This document shows, piece by piece, positions 1 to 7,408 of a stretch of 64,000 bases of DNA; the stretch's first letter is position 1, and each line of letters starts with the position of its first letter. Origin of the DNA: an uncultured delta proteobacterium (lineage in GTDB: Bacteria; Myxococcota_A; Polyangia; Polyangiales; Polyangiaceae); the NCBI GenBank assembly GCA_963696385.1, contig CAVOKF010000005.1, forward strand, positions 736,001 through 800,000. The letters run 5' to 3'. Below the pieces are notes generated by a model. It saw only the letters and a list, made by a program, of their open reading frames with translations. It was not told the DNA's origin and searched no databases. The position numbers and the translations under genes are program-made.

Positions 1-284
1 ATCTTGATTCGCCCCTTGAGGCGACCGTCGTTGCCGAGCGTTGCGCTTCCGGTTCCGCTGACCTGGTCGAACTCCCAAGCGCCCTGCCACGTGAACGAGA
101 CGCCGGTTTTCGTGGGCTTCGCGTTCACGTATGCCAGCAGGCAGTGCATCCGCAGGCGATCGGCATGCCCGGTCAGCGAGAGCAGCGCCGGTCCCAGGAT
201 GTTGAGGTCGACATCGTCCCACTGCGAGGTCTCGACGATGCGCCACCAGCCCCGATACTCGCGCGGAATCTCGGCGTCAGTCAC
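1..284 (-). CDS. Hypothetical protein, 3' end outside the window
   Basis: Manual translation from GTG 284: MTDAEIPREYRGWWRIVETSQWDDVDLNILGPALLSLTGHADRLRMHCLLAYVNAKPTKTGVSFTWQGAWEFDQVSGTGSATLGNDGRLKGRIK..., open to the edge, beta-rich globular composition; absent from the ORF track. Confidence 0.65.
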   Translation of the reverse strand, partial: MTDAEIPREYRGWWRIVETSQWDDVDLNILGPALLSLTGHADRLRMHCLLAYVNAKPTKTGVSFTWQGAWEFDQVSGTGSATLGNDGRLKGRIK

Positions 285-341
285 GACGCAGGGACGGTAC
301 CAACGCGAGCGTACGAGGTCACTCCTTCCAGCAAGGCGGGG

Positions 342-378
342 TCAGGCTTCGACGAGAGCCCTCAGCCGATCGAGCGCC
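342..378 (-). pseudogene. Detached 3' end of the ArsR/SmtB regulator gene (..ALDRLRALVEA*)
   Basis: Joining 5460-5153 to 372-342 across the AGCGCC duplication gives a 339-nt in-frame gene (112 aa) ending WDKALDRLRALVEA*. Confidence 0.9.
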
Positions 379-486
379 TGTAGACGGACGCGTAAATCCG
401 CGGGAAAGGCGACGTGGAAGCAGTGCGCCGCCGATCCCGGCGCTACCTCCTGAGGAAGGCGGCGCCGGGCAGCGGACGAGAATGGC

Positions 487-780
487 TCAGCGAGGGAGGG
501 GCTTGTCGTGGTGGTTGTGGTCACGCCCGTCGACGACGTTCTGCTCGGCGAGTCGATATTGGCGGATATGCCTGCGTAAAGCGCGCATGGCATTGAGGAG
601 GTCGCGAGTGGGGGGATGATTGGCGCCGCCGCGTGTCGACGAGGAGGGGTCGAGGCCGATGGCGAGAAAGCGGCGAGCCGCGATGAGTGCAGCGTCGAGC
701 ACGAAGAGCGGACCGAGTTCGGGCGCCAAGACGATGTCCCACTCGGAGGGCGCAACGAGCCGCTGGCGCGGCGGCGTCAC
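487..780 (-). CDS. Small helical hypothetical protein (97 aa), last gene of the IS
   Basis: GTG 780 overlaps the istB stop (GTGA coupling); MTPPRQRLVAPSEWDIVLAPELGPLFVLDAALIAARRFL...LLNAMRALRRHIRQYRLAEQ; lies inside the IS ends. Confidence 0.7.
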   Translation of the reverse strand: MTPPRQRLVAPSEWDIVLAPELGPLFVLDAALIAARRFLAIGLDPSSSTRGGANHPPTRDLLNAMRALRRHIRQYRLAEQNVVDGRDHNHHDKPLPR

Positions 781-1562
781 ACGCGCCTCCGGGCGGAGGC
801 GCCTCGCGAGCGGGGCCTGGGTTGCGGAGGCGGTGGGGAGTTGCCCGGCTTTTGCCGGTAGGAGTCGGCATCGATGTCGATGGTGTGCAGATGCTGGGTG
901 AAGCGATCGATGAGAGCGACGAGGCAGGCGGCGCCGGGGAATACGCCCCCCCATTCCTTGAAGGCCAAGTTGGTCGAGATGATGGTGGAGGCTCGTTCAT
1001 GGCGCCGGCTGATGATCTGGAAGAAGAGGTCGACGGCGCGCTTGTCTACGGGCACATATCCAAGTTCGTCGCATACGAGAAGATCGACATTGGTATAGCG
1101 CTTCATGCGTCGCTCGACGGCGGGCAGCGACTCCTGTTTCAAGAGATCGGCGAGCGCCGAAACGACCGGGGTAAAGCAGACGGTCATGCCGGCGCTGAGC
1201 GCGGCGAGGCATACGTTCTGCGCAAGCATGGTCTTACCCACACCGCTTGGGCCGCGAAAAAGGACGTTCTCGCGGCGCTCCACGAAGCCCAAGCCGAGGA
1301 CATTCTCGCATAGGGCGCGGTCGATCTTGCGCGGATGGCTCCAGTCGAAACGGTCCATCGTCGTGTGCGCCCCCACCGTCGCCATCTTGGTGCGGGTGGC
1401 GAGATTGCGTGCTTCACGCTGCCGGCGCTCCATTTCGACCAGCAGCTCGACGACCTGCACGTGCGAGAGGCGGTTGGCGGTCGCGTGCGACAGCAGTGCC
1501 TCGAGCTGCTCGCGCGACGCGCAGAAGCCGATGGCCCGGAGCTCGTCGACGACGTCGCTCAC
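777..1562 (-). CDS. istB: IS21-family helper AAA+ ATPase IstB
   Basis: Walker A GPSGVGKT, Walker B LLVCDELGY, STIISTNLAFKEWG, ALIDRFTQH, SYR; directly downstream of istA. Confidence 0.96.
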   Translation of the reverse strand: MSDVVDELRAIGFCASREQLEALLSHATANRLSHVQVVELLVEMERRQREARNLATRTKMATVGAHTTMDRFDWSHPRKIDRALCENVLGLGFVERRENVLFRGPSGVGKTMLAQNVCLAALSAGMTVCFTPVVSALADLLKQESLPAVERRMKRYTNVDLLVCDELGYVPVDKRAVDLFFQIISRRHERASTIISTNLAFKEWGGVFPGAACLVALIDRFTQHLHTIDIDADSYRQKPGNSPPPPQPRPRSRGASARRRV

Positions 1563-4050
1563 GACTCACCCCGCTTTCGGTCGTAGGAACCGAGGTCGTG
1601 GGGCACCACGATGGCGTCGACGACGTGCGCGCCGAGCACGATATCCACCGGCATGGGCCGGTCGGTTCGCTGCCGCTCTTGCTCGCAGAGAAGGGCCAGC
1701 GCGCCGATGTCGTGCGTGCCGCGCTCGCCCATGACGCGCACGGCGTAACCGAAGATCTCCAGCCCGTAGAGTGTGAAGAGCTTGCGCGCATGCCCGGTCA
1801 TGAAGTTGATGTTTCGTCCCTGCTCGACCCAGCGTTCGTAAAGCACCGAGAGCTCGGGCACGGCGCCGAGCAGCTGGTCGCGTATCGTGATGGCCTCGGC
1901 TCGTGGCCGCCCCTCGCAGAGGGCGCGGCGATGCGCGGGGTCGTCGATGCGCTGACCGCGTCCCCACGAGCGTCGGTGGCGCGCCACCTCTTTCTCCCCA
2001 TCGAGAAGCCGCACGTGATCGTCGTCCGCCACGAGCGTCAGCGTCGCGCTCGCGTACTTCGGCGGCGCCGAGTAGCGGTTGGTCCCGAGCCGTACGCTCG
2101 CCGTCTTGTCGACGGCGACAGGCAACACCAGGTCCGCCGTCGGCATCGGATTGGGCAGCGGCATCAGGCGCTCCTTCTCCTCGGCGAAGACCTCGCCCAC
2201 GCTGCGGCTGGCGAGGGTTGGGTGGCGACGCGTCATCACGACCGATTCGATGTGGCGCCGCAGGCCGAGGTTTCCTATCTCCAGACTCGGGATCGAACGG
2301 CCCGCGAAGAATCCTTCTTTGAGCTCGCGTATGGCTCTTTCGACTCCGCCCTTGTCTTCGGGCGTCCGCACGCGCGCGAGCACTGGTTTGACGCGAAGCT
2401 GTCCGGCGAGCTCGATGATCCCGGAGTGAAGCCGCGCGGCGCGACCATGGCGCTCGATCACGACGATCTTGGGGTTGTCGAAGAGAAGCTGCCGTGGCAC
2501 GCCACCGAAGAAGCTCAGCGCGCGCAGGATCGAGCGCCGGAGCGATTCCGCCGTCATATCGAGCACCGACTCCGCGTACCGCATTCGCGAATACGCCAAA
2601 AGCATCACGAAGACCCAGAGCGCCCGCATCCCTCCCATGACGGAGAGCTGCCCCACGTGACCCCAGTCCACTTGCCCTTGCTCGCCCGGCAGGCGCTCGC
2701 AGACCAGGTACGCCTTGCTCGCCGCGCGCGGACGGATGCCTTTGACGAAGCGCTCGACGAGCTTTGCGCTGCCCCGAAACCCGCGCTCGGCGATCATCGT
2801 GCGCAGCCGCGTCGCGCGCAGCCGTGGATACCTCTCGATCTGCTCGAGGATGAAGCCCTTGTACGCGTCGAGCTTGCTCGGCCGAGGCTCGCGCGCGGGC
2901 TGTCCAGTGGCGTCCTCTTCAGCGGCGCCCTCGTTGTGACCCACCCCGCGGCGGGATCGTGAGCCAGGGGGGCCGGTGAACGGTGGCCCTCTGGCGGCGT
3001 GATCGTGATCCACCTGGTTGCCCAATAGCAAGCCGTCGAATAGGGCCGGCGCGGGCTCGGGCACGCGCTCTGCATCGAGCCTCTTGCGACCCAATGAAGT
3101 GCATAGCCATGATCGCAGCGCGAGGAGCGGGGCCGTGTTGCCGCGTGTTGCCACGTGGCAACGCCAGGCCGGTGCACGGCGCCCTTCCAGGTGTGCACGA
3201 CCCCAGCGAGCGACGAGCTCGTTCGTCGGCTGCGAGTGGTCGTGGCATGCGACGTGCGTGAGCAAATTCCATATTTTATGAAGCAATATCCAATACATAG
3301 ATAGCCCTCCCGCCGCCACCCGGTCGGCCCGTCGAGAGTCGCAGTCGATCTGCCGTTTGCTTCACGAGCACACGCTGCGGCCCAGCCCTTGCCGCGCGTT
3401 GGAGGTGTTGGCGAATCGACGTTCGAACAGGCCATCTTCGACGTTGACGTCGGCCTCGTGCGGCGCGGTTGCCCTTGTTCTTGACGGAGCCAGCGCGCAA
3501 GGGCTTGCGCTCGGGATTCTAGAGTCAGCGTGCAGCGCGGCTCGGCACTGCCGGGCGCGCGGGTGCGCAGAGTCCTACCGGCGTCTTGCTTCGGGGCTCC
3601 CACTGCCGAGGCTCTCGCGACGCTGTCAGCGCCCTCGCGATCGGATCACTCTCGCGATCCAAGTAGACCGATTTCGAGAGAAGCGACGACGACCAATCTC
3701 CGAGCGCGCACGAAAGCGAGCCGCGATGACGGCTACGCGGGAACGGCTCCGGCTGCGAAAGTCAATGCGCGTATCCCACCGACCGGACCCGGCCGTCCAC
3801 CGCTGACCTTGGCGGTAGACGGGTGGGTCACGATCCCGCCGCCGCCGGCGTTGCGCTGGGACCATGACGTGGATCACGAGAACGCCCGGAAGTGGATCAC
3901 TTTAAAGGCGCCGCTGAAGGCGTCCTGGGCGAGCACGCGCGTGACGACGTCGTGGTGCACCCCCAGCTCGGCGGCCACCGTGCCTTCGGGCCACTTCTCG
4001 GCCTGCACGAGCCGAAGGATCTCGCTCTCGCACTCTTTGCTGACTGTCAT
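1559..4050 (-). pseudogene. istA: IS21-family DDE transposase IstA, interrupted by a nested element (restored length 493 aa)
   Basis: N-terminal HTH MTVSKECESEILRLVQAEKWPEGTVAAELGVHHDVVTRVLAQDA at 4050-3920; the rest (RPSKLDAYK, PGEQGQVDWG, LFDN, KGGVERAI) at 2909-1559; the parts join in frame (1482 nt). Confidence 0.93.
2917..3919. mobile_element. Non-autonomous MITE-like element with IS21-type multi-repeat ends and no transposase
   Basis: Perfect 13-bp inverted repeats CTTCAGCGGCGCC / GGCGCCGCTGAAG; 7-bp duplication GCGTCCT at 2910-2916 and 3920-3926; three GTGA(T/C/G)CCA-type subterminal repeats at each end. Confidence 0.9.
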
Positions 4051-4421
4051 GGCGACACCCCCTGCAAGCAGACCTGCCGCAGATCACCGAAGCAGCCCAA
4101 TCCCCCCAGACGGCCCGCGCGACGGCGATGCGCCGGACCGCGCAGCATCACCTCCACGTCGAAATGCAGATTGCGCACGCCGAAGCCCAGCGCGTCCTCC
4201 AGCCGCAATGCAGACATAGATTCCTCGGTATCCGCACAGAGAACAACGCAGAGCGGGCGCTGCTGCCAGAGCGCCAGCCCCTCGAGCAGCGTGGAGGCCG
4301 CCCGCGGATGCGCCGACGCCGATGGGCCCAACACCGCCCGCATCCGTTCCTCGCGCCCCTCCATCATCAGGATCCGCGTCGCCTCGCGCCGGGGATCCAT
4401 CGTCACCGTCCATCGATTCAT
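4047..4421 (-). CDS. IS-associated hypothetical protein (124 aa) directly upstream of istA
   Basis: ATG 4421 with AGGAG upstream; stop overlaps the istA ATG (ATGA); globular sequence HPRAASTLLEGLALWQQRPLCVVLCAD...GCFGDLRQV. Confidence 0.75.
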   Translation of the reverse strand: MNRWTVTMDPRREATRILMMEGREERMRAVLGPSASAHPRAASTLLEGLALWQQRPLCVVLCADTEESMSALRLEDALGFGVRNLHFDVEVMLRGPAHRRRAGRLGGLGCFGDLRQVCLQGVSP

Positions 4422-4875
4422 CGGTCCTGCTCCTGGCCGCCTCGGTCGCCGCCTCCGGGTTGGAGGCGAGCGCCGCGCCGCGCGAGCGCACAACACGCGA
4501 ATCGGCACTCCCACCAGAAGGGGGATCCGTTACGACCTGCCCATCCGTTCCCGGCGCGACCGGCGCCACCACGCCCCGCTGCCGAGCCTTGCGGCCTCGC
4601 CGGCCCGGATGTGCTTGGCGAAACCAGTGCTGCCGGTCGCGGTTGTTCTGCCGACCCTCCACCGTCGTCGCTTCCAACCGCCGCGCCGTGCGACAGATCC
4701 GCGCGCGCCCTACCCCTTGGCACGCCTCGCTGCAGTAGCGGCGCTCGCCGAACCAATCGCACCTGGCGCACGCGTAGAACCCCTCGCCGCAGGCCCCACA
4801 GCACGCAAAACGAAGCGGCTGCTCGACTCCCTCATGCTCGTGCACGCGTCCATTCCACGGACGCGTGATGCGCAC
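4084..4875 (-). CDS. Cys-rich zinc-finger-like protein, first gene of the IS (start uncertain)
   Basis: CGAC-x6-CARCD-x6-YCSEAC followed by a basic helix, plus a C-terminal RCSLCG; paralog at 6381-6743. Confidence 0.7.
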   Translation of the reverse strand: MRITRPWNGRVHEHEGVEQPLRFACCGACGEGFYACARCDWFGERRYCSEACQGVGRARICRTARRLEATTVEGRQNNRDRQHWFRQAHPGRRGRKARQRGVVAPVAPGTDGQVVTDPPSGGSADSRVVRSRGAALASNPEAATEAARSRTDESMDGDDGSPARGDADPDDGGARGTDAGGVGPIGVGASAGGLHAARGAGALAAAPALRCSLCGYRGIYVCIAAGGRAGLRRAQSAFRRGGDAARSGASPSRGPSGGIGLLR

Positions 4876-4941
4876 GGGTTGACCCGGCGCTTGCTCTCAG
4901 GCACCGTCCGCGGCGTCCAGAGCCGCGTCCGCGTCTGGGCC

Positions 4942-4979
4942 GAAGGCTCGGGGTTGCCGCCCTGGGCCTTCACTCTTTT
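4942..4979 (+). terminator. Intrinsic-terminator-like hairpin in the IS leader
   Basis: GAAGGCTCGGGGT-TGCC-GCCCTGGGCCTTC, a 13-bp stem with three G-U pairs on the + strand, followed by ACTCTTTT. Confidence 0.55.
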
Positions 4980-5103
4980 GTGCGTCCATTTCGTCGCGCC
5001 TTCTACGCCAGCACGCGCGCCGACACGAGCGGGGACCCTTCCCGCCGGCTCTCACGCAAGAGGATGGCCTTTGCGACCCGTCCTGAACGAATGCTCGGGC
5101 GTC

Positions 5104-5460
5104 CTACGCCCTGACGCGTCCCGGATCAGGCGGTTCTTCGCGTCGCTCTACAAGCGCCTTGTCCCATTGCTTGGAGATCTGGTCCAGGTGCCGCTGCGCC
5201 TCCTGCAGGCGGCGTGGCTGAAGCTCCCAGACGCTCTCGCGTCCCTCGCGCATGCCCCGCACCACGCCCGCCTTGGCGAGGACCCGCAAGTGCCGCGTGA
5301 TGGCCTGGCGCGTGACGTCGGTCCCCGCCGTCAGCCGCGTGATGGACAGCGGGCCTTGCTCGCACAGCCGGGCGACGAGCCCGAGGCGCGTCCGATCGCC
5401 CAGCGCCCCGAACAAGGGCGCCGCCGTCTTCAGCGCCCGTGCCCCGCTGCTACGCGGCAT
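5104..5460 (-). pseudogene. ArsR/SmtB-family HTH regulator, C-terminus replaced by IS sequence
   Basis: FGALGDRTRLGLVARL...ITRLTAGTDVTRQAITRHLRVLAKAGVV...GRESVWEL; IS sequence starts at 5152 and supplies a foreign tail. Confidence 0.88.
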
Positions 5461-5944
5461 GTGAGAGATACTTTTCGATGAGCTTGGCTTGATGAGTCCA
5501 CCCTCCCTCGTTGGCGGTGAACGCCTGAGCCCGGCGGGCCAGCGGGATGCCGTCGAAGCCGGATTCGGTGATGGTCAGCAGGGTGGCGCCCTCGACCTCC
5601 TCCAACTCGAAAACGACCAGGGTGGTGGGCTCGCTCGAATAGTCCACGGCGGGATCGATGGCGAAAGGGTGCCAGCGAAACGAAAAGAGCCGCGCCGGTT
5701 CAAGGCGGTCGACCGTGATCTCGAAGGGCTTCCCTTCATGGGGCTTCTGGAGCTTGGCCACCTCTTCGTCGACGGTGGTCGGAACGATCCTTCCGGTCAT
5801 GCGAGCGCCCGCGACGAAAGGTCCGTCGAAGGCCACGCCGAACCAGGCCCCGAACTGCCGCGCGTCGCTCACCGCACGCCACACCCGCCCCAGCGGTGCT
5901 CGAAGCAAGACCTTCTTCTCGATGCGATCCTTGTCGGTCGCCAT
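5450..5944 (-). CDS. SRPBCC/AHSA1-like (START fold) protein
   Basis: DRIEKKVLLRAPLGRVWRAVSD..FGAWFG, FSFRWHP, TLLTITESGFD, NEGGW; typical pairing with ArsR. Confidence 0.92.
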   Translation of the reverse strand: MATDKDRIEKKVLLRAPLGRVWRAVSDARQFGAWFGVAFDGPFVAGARMTGRIVPTTVDEEVAKLQKPHEGKPFEITVDRLEPARLFSFRWHPFAIDPAVDYSSEPTTLVVFELEEVEGATLLTITESGFDGIPLARRAQAFTANEGGWTHQAKLIEKYLSHAA

Positions 5945-5945
5945 G

Positions 5946-6009
5946 TGCAACCTCCTTGTTGCATGTTTCGATAGCGGCGCACCACGCGACATGCAACCAC
6001 AATGTTGCG
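5946..6009. promoter_or_regulatory. Two palindromic operators TGCAAC-N6-GTTGC(A/G) upstream of the SRPBCC-arsR operon
   Basis: TGCAACCTCCTTGTTGCA (5946-5963, covers the RBS) and TGCAACCACAATGTTGCG (5992-6009). Confidence 0.7.
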
Positions 6010-6061
6010 TCATGGTGGCGAAGCAACGCCGAGAGGTGCCGCTGGGACGATGAAATGCCGA

Positions 6062-6265
6062 TCAGCCGCTTCGCTTTTGCTTGGAGTGGGTCGCGTGCTC
6101 AGGCTGCTTGCTCCACCACTGCTCCAGCACGTCCGTGATGATCGCGTTTAGCGAGACGCCCCTGTCAATCGAAAGGTGCCGCAAAGCTGTGTGAAGGTCC
6201 TTTGGAAGCCGAAGCATTAGTCCCTGCCGCCCATCCTCCGCCGGTTCGCTCTTCTTCGCTGCCAC
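6062..6265 (-). CDS. Ribbon-helix-helix (Arc/CopG-like) DNA-binding protein
   Basis: GLMLRLPKDLHTALRHLSIDRGVSLNAIITDVLEQW has the beta-alpha-alpha RHH pattern. Confidence 0.85.
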   Translation of the reverse strand: MAAKKSEPAEDGRQGLMLRLPKDLHTALRHLSIDRGVSLNAIITDVLEQWWSKQPEHATHSKQKRSG

Positions 6266-6380
6266 GACCGTCGTCGTACACGAACCATGGCGGCTTGACA
6301 GTGTGATATCACGACATCAAGATACAACTGCGGAGAGGTTTCGCTCAAGATGAGCCGCGAAAGCACGGCGGGCAAGCAGA

Positions 6381-6743
6381 TCAGCGTCCGAGAAGGGTTC
6401 GACATGGTCGCGGCTGTCGTCGAGTGCCCGAAAAGAGCCAGATCTTGCGTCGACGGGGCGCAAGAAGGGGGAGAACTTCGGGCAAAGCCGCGGCTCGATA
6501 TTGTTCCACGCCTCGGAATGACCACAACGCTTCGCCGCCGCGACGGCGAGCGCGCAGCTCACGCATGGCGGCCCGATGATCCGCTCGCCCCTCCGGGCTG
6601 CGCTGGTGACGGGCACGGGCCTCGCGCCGGCTCCGGGCGCGGCCGCGCGACCGGCATGCCTCACCGCAGTACGCGTGACCTCGATCGCAGCAACGGCAGA
6701 TGAAGAAGACGGTTCTGCACCACGCGCACGGACGCATCCGCAA
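6381..6743 (-). pseudogene. Second Cys-rich zinc-finger-like gene, probably truncated near 6530
   Basis: CAWC-x6-CRCCDRGHAYCGEAC...RARHQRSPEGRADHR resembles 4084-4875; similarity ends after RELRARRR. Confidence 0.7.
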
Positions 6744-6797
6744 CGCGTCTTGGTCGTCTCGGGAAGGATGTCGCCGAACGAGCTCGATTCAAGATCG

Positions 6798-7322
6798 TTA
6801 CTGCGGATCGCGAAGCAGTGCGGGCGCCGGCCGATCCGGATCGAGCCGACGGATCGCCTTGACCAGCCGCGCGCGGCAACAGTCGCAGTAGTGGCCCTCG
6901 CCTAGCTCGTTCATCAGCATGACCGCCCGGCGGTACTGTTCTGCCGCGACGTCGCCCGAACCTCTCGCCTCGTGCACCTGACCGAGCCGCTCGATTGCCA
7001 GAGGCTCGTGGGGATATTCCGACTCGAGCTGGCGAGCTGTCGCCTCGGCCTCGTCGTACTGCCCGGCGTCGATCTGTTCGAGCACCCGCTCGGCGAGCCC
7101 GTCGACTTCATCCAACGCCCGCGACTCCTGCAAAACCTCCCGCGCCCGCTCCAGCACCGCCGCGGCGACCGTGGGCCCTCCGTCCACTTCCGCAGCCTGT
7201 CGCTCGCTCTCCGCTCTTAGCCGTTCTGCCCGCTCCTCAGCCTCCACTCGTTCGAGACAGCATCGCTTGAACTTCTTGCCGCTGCCGCACGGGCACGGAT
7301 CGTTGCGTCCGACCTTGGCCAT
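6798..7322 (-). CDS. SEC-C motif protein with TPR-like helices and a C-terminal YCDCC
   Basis: [28 protein letters not shown] upstream. Confidence 0.88.
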   Translation of the reverse strand: MAKVGRNDPCPCGSGKKFKRCCLERVEAEERAERLRAESERQAAEVDGGPTVAAAVLERAREVLQESRALDEVDGLAERVLEQIDAGQYDEAEATARQLESEYPHEPLAIERLGQVHEARGSGDVAAEQYRRAVMLMNELGEGHYCDCCRARLVKAIRRLDPDRPAPALLRDPQ

Positions 7323-7408
7323 CGCCCGGTGCTCCTACCCGATCTCCAACCGGACTGCACTGGCCGGCAATTCGTTCATGTTCCGCCGCTTCTTCGCGAG
7401 CGCGGACA

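Larger units (their letters stand above)
379..5152 (-). mobile_element. IS21-family insertion sequence with three accessory ORFs (4774 bp; 3764 bp without the nested insert)
   Basis: Imperfect terminal inverted repeats TGTAGACGGACGCGTAAATCCGC (from 379, +) and TGTAGAGCGACGCGAAGAACCGC (from 5152, -); direct repeat AGCGCC at 373-378 and 5153-5158; contains istA and istB. Confidence 0.93.

Noticed and set aside
1559..3319. 586-aa ORF as the native IstA
   Set aside because: Its first ~134 residues come from the nested element; the true N-terminus is at 4050-3920.
4418..4804. 128-aa ORF whose stop overlaps ATG 4421
   Set aside because: Low-complexity off-frame reading of the zinc-finger gene; the ATGA overlap follows automatically from ATG-AAT.
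5098..5105. GGCGTCCT in the IS end equals the nested element's target site, suggesting targeted insertion
   Set aside because: An 8-mer of this composition is reasonably likely by chance in 4.8 kb of GC-rich DNA; one event is not evidence.
6502..6530. TGTTCCACGCCTCGGAATGACCAC as partner end for the 7408 terminus
   Set aside because: It aligns only with gaps, and its flank (CGATAT) does not match the CTCCTG flank at 7409.
7171..7408. N-terminal part of the 277-aa integrase ORF
   Set aside because: It is antisense to the SEC-C gene and the IS-like end; it is not integrase sequence.
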